NCBI RefSeq assembly: GCF_009914755.1
Contig: NC_060940.1
Length of the DNA: 64,000 nucleotides
Strand: one strand, 5' to 3'
Source: the human T2T-CHM13v2.0 reference genome, Homo sapiens
Shown: piece after piece, positions 1 to 64,000 of the stretch
How positions within the stretch are numbered: the stretch's first letter is position 1
How the letters are laid out: each line of letters starts with the position of its first letter
Program-made: the position numbers and the translations under genes
The notes under the pieces: generated by a model
Database searches by the model: none
Seen by the model: the letters and a program-made list of their open reading frames with translations, nothing else
What the model was told of the DNA's origin: nothing

Positions 1-289
1 GACACCTACCCCACAGGGATATGTTCAGGATTTAATAACCTAAGCCTGTGCTTTGAGGAATTTGGCTAAATGGCTACTATTATTCTACATAGTCTCCCCT
101 TGGCTGACATGGCAGTGATAGCAAGGGGTTGGGGTGGGAGAGGGGTTTGCTAAGATGGTTTCGTGTCTTATACATGCAAACAGCCAAACCCTCAGAAGTC
201 ACTCTCCCCCAGGGATGATACTGATGACCATCACTGTCCTTGCAACAGGCCAAGGGGAAAGGACTGGAGGGGCTTTGTTGTGAAGGGGT

Positions 290-490
290 TGGGAGCAGGG
301 CCTGTGGAGCCAGACTGGTTAGGGTTCAAGCCCTATCTCTGTCCCTTCCTTCCTGGGCATCTGTAGATAAGTTACTAACCTCAGTGAGCCTCAAATCCCA
401 TCTCATGGGGTGAGATGAGGATTCAGTGAAATAATTCATGGAAAAAATGCTTGTCACAGTCCTGGCACACTGCAAGGTCTCAGTAGACAT
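290..490 (+). mobile_element. MIR SINE (degenerate)
   Basis: gggttcaagccct...aagttactaacctcagtgagcctca...cctggcacactgcaaggtctcagta core; ends approximate. Confidence 0.6.
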
Positions 491-2167
491 CAGGATCAAT
501 GTCGGTGTTCTTCTTCTGCCAGAGTAAACCAAAGCGAGTGTGGGCAGAAAAGGAGTCATAGGAGGTGATTCATCTCTCAATGCATCTGAAGGAGCAGCAG
601 GGATCATTGTAGTCTATCCTCTGTCCTCATGAAAACACCACCTCTTGAAATCACAGACTGATTATCTGGCTGGTGTCCAGTTGGTAGAAAGTAAAGCATC
701 CCTCCCTGACATTGCACAACTGTCATGGATTCCCATGGCCAGCACAGACTGCCCAGTCTGCTTGTCATATTGGGGAAGTTATCTTATGTCCATAAAGGTG
801 ATGCCCACACTCAGCTGGGAGCAGCTGCTCAGAACGCTGTGGATGTGGGTTTAATGACCTTCAGTCAGGGTCATGCACCATGGGGGAAAGCTCAGATCAG
901 GCAAAGATACACTGTGTCCCTTCACAGAGAGATCCACACTTGGCCTGGAGCTGCCCACAGAAGGAACCCCCTGGCTCACGTCCTTCTCAGCCACATGTCT
1001 TAGTGCACCCTCTGCTGAGGGCAGGATCCATTGCTGCCAAGCTGCTGGGCCAGGGCTTTCATGCAGTTGCCAGGTTATAAGCTCTACCTAAGGCCAGGTG
1101 TGCTCACCTCCCCGCTGGTTGGGTAGACCCCTGCCCAGGCCTGGCCGGAGGAGGGCTGGAGAATAATCGGTTGGAGGTTAACCTCACATGCCCAGCCCTT
1201 GAATTGCTGGCTGTTGGCTTTTTGGCCAGAAATCCAGATTAAGCTCTTAACATGCACACACACCTGGGAGGGGTGTCCGCCAGGCTCCACAGCTGTGTTT
1301 CAGCGAGTTCATTAGATGCTGTCATTCATGGCTGCCACAAGTGTTTCCCGAGTGCTTCCAGGTGCCAGGCACTCCTTCCTCCACGTCTGGGGAAGCAAGT
1401 ACGTGACCAACACTTACAAGGGAAGTGGGGTGGGGGGTTGTGGTCTGGAAGCTTTGCTGACCACACTGCCCTGAGCTACATTTAGAGCTCAGCCTGGGGC
1501 CTGGAAAGCAGGCCCAGGGAACCTCATGGGGCCTTCATTCCTGATGAATGAAAAACAGCCAGAACTCCCAGCGTGCCCCTTGGCGGCTACTACACAAGAG
1601 CTTGCTGGATTTTCTATAAATATTTTTTTCCCAAATGTCACCATGAGTTAGCAGCGCTCACTCCTGGGGCTGCTGGGAATACATCTTTACTGCTTCCATC
1701 AGAACCAGCCTCCAGGTTGGAGAGAAAGCTTTTTGTTTGGTAAGCGACTGTGAAGGTTCATTACTGAGTGAAGGGAGAAGGCAACAAGGGTCTATTGGAG
1801 GAAATAGTATGGAAATTGGAATATCTTCAGTGAAATAATTGCAAGGCGACATTTCAGGGTAATTTCCTACCGCGTTTTAACGACGAATAAAGAAGATATA
1901 AAAGTGTCATTTATAGAGAAACTCCAGCATTTTGTTTTCTTGGTTATTCTAACAGATCAATTGAAACATATAATATGATTTTTAAAAAAATTTTTGGCCA
2001 AACACTGTATTCAGTCTTTCACGCTACAAATCTGTGTCATTACCACTTGTCACCCAGTCAAGATGGAAGTGAGTGGGGTTAAACGAGAAGAAAATTCTGC
2101 TCTTTTTCCTTCTGATAATGGGCAAGGAAACCTTGCAAACTCCATCCTAAGGCATTTTCCCATGTTG

Positions 2168-2173
2168 TTTATT
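2168..2173 (-). terminator. Candidate polyadenylation signal AATAAA
   Basis: tttatt on the + strand, about 350 nt after the stop codon. Confidence 0.45.
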
Positions 2174-2520
2174 GTGGCTGATTTCTAACTGAAAGTTACA
2201 ATATTTTCAATCTCAGGCACTGGGGTGGTTTTGGTGAAAACACATGAGGAACCCTTGGGGATTTGGGAGGTGAAGGGCAGTTTTTTAATCCATTAGCTGG
2301 GTCTGCCCCGGTTCACCACCCAGAACCAACCCCAAGCCCACCAAGTGGGGTGACATGGACTGAGTATGGCAGTGGGGACAACTTCAGCCCCAGCTCACTC
2401 CGTGGATGGGAGGGGCTGAAGACCAGGGCTGCCTGCGGAGAGGACAGCCCCTCCTCCTGAAGACTCCTCCTATTCATCTCACAGAGCCTCTTCCTCCTCT
2501 AGAATCAGCCGCCAGGACCT

Positions 2521-62871
<60,351 letters not shown>

Positions 62872-63016
62872 CTGCAGACAAACAAGACACTCAGCGTTCC
62901 AGGCACTGGGGTCATTGCCCCAACTCTCTCTCTGGATTGAACTTGTAACTACAGCAACAACCACAGCTGCACTCAGAATCTGTGACTTGCATTCATTATG
63001 TTTATTAGCCCTTTGA

Positions 63017-63177
63017 GCAGTGATGTGCTGGGGCCAGCTGGTGAGAGCCAATTGTTAAATTTTCAGGAATTTTGCAAGTTAGTTGTTAAACACAGTCAAT
63101 ATTCAAAATTAAATTACCTAAGTTTTAATAAATTGTCTTAAAGACAAAGGTAATAATACTCAAAACCCATCACTTCC
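63017..63177 (+). mobile_element. MER63-like hAT DNA element
   Basis: cagtgatgtgctggggccagct...gagagccaattgttaaattttcaggaattttgcaag. Confidence 0.55.
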
Positions 63178-63291
63178 TTTTTTTGTTCTTCTTCCTTCAT
63201 TTCTTCTTCCCCTCCTCTTCCTTCTTTTTTCCCCTCCCATTCCTCCTTCTCTTCCTTTTTTTCCTCCTTCTCCTCTTCTTCCTCCTCCTCC
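63173..63291. repeat. Polypyrimidine (CTT/CCT) low-complexity tract
   Basis: About 120 nt, almost entirely C/T on the + strand. Confidence 0.9.
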
Positions 63292-64000
63292 TGCCCAGAA
63301 TTGCAGGGCATTAATACCCCCAGGGGCAAAACTTCACTAAGGTAGTATAGAAGTCCACCTCACATCCTCTGGGTGGAAAACTGGACACTTTCTAGAAGGA
63401 CCTAGTAGGATCCAGGCCCCTCTGCTCACAGCAGTGACGCTGAGGCCACACCTCACTTTGCCTTTTCCTCCTTCCCTACATCACTCTCCCTAAATCTTTC
63501 TTCTTGCTGCTTGGAATCACTTCTCAAATAAGCTATTTGCCTCCAGGTTCTTGACTGAGGCCCTGCTTTTGGGAGAATTCAAGCTAAAATCATGTGAATA
63601 AGGTACTACGAGCTCAGCACATAGTAAAAATTCCCTAAAAGGTGACTTTCATGATACAGTCATGCATTACTTCATATATTCCTCACAACAACTCAGTAAG
63701 ATGGGTGGCAGGGTCATATTATATGCCTATTTCATAGACAAAAACATCAAGGCACAGAGAGTTTAGAGTATTTGCCCAAGGTCTTACTGCTGGAAAGTGG
63801 TGAGATGGGAATTCAAACCCACTGCTTGTTGACTCCAGTGTCCTGTCATTCCCTTCAGCACCTCCCCACATTGCCTCTCCACAAAGCGATTATAAACTGG
63901 TTGAAAAAGTGGACAGTTAGAGATCTCCTGGGGCTAGGAATAATAGCCCACGTCCTCACCTTCCAACCTCCACCTCTCACCTTGGAGGGCTTAAATGTGT

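Larger units (their letters stand above)
1..2520 (-). other. ABCC12: ABCC12 3' UTR / downstream region (end point not determinable)
   Basis: Follows the stop codon; polyA-type hexamers at 2284-2289 (ATTAAA), 2168-2173 (AATAAA) and 31-36 (ATTAAA). Confidence 0.5.

Noticed and set aside
63138-63329. Glu/Lys-rich 63-aa ORF
   Set aside because: Artefact of the purine/pyrimidine low-complexity tract.

Overview
Human (primate) genomic DNA, recognisable from Alu, THE1, MLT, MER, MIR, L1 and L2 repeats. It holds almost the whole ABCC12 (MRP9) ABC-transporter gene on the minus strand. I traced 28 coding exons (exons 2-29 in classical 29-exon numbering; coding exon 1 and the promoter lie beyond base 64000) from 62871 down to the TAG at 2521-2523. 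All have GT-AG boundaries and consistent phases. They sum to 3961 nt, which with a 119-nt first exon gives the 1359-aa protein I recall. Main observations: (1) exon 21 ends in TA. Splicing to the strong, ancestral-looking exon-22 acceptor (15738) makes a TAG stop at the junction, and only a weak acceptor 30 nt inside the exon (15708) keeps the frame open. (2) Intron 9 has a roughly 232-bp, roughly 90%-identical non-Alu inverted repeat whose loop holds a 177-nt in-frame cassette exon. (3) Several competing or sliding splice sites. (4) A possible L1 3' transduction, and LTRs lying antisense to the gene. Most ORFs in the supplied track are intronic or repeat-derived noise. Repeat family names are from memory of consensus sequences, not from a search.
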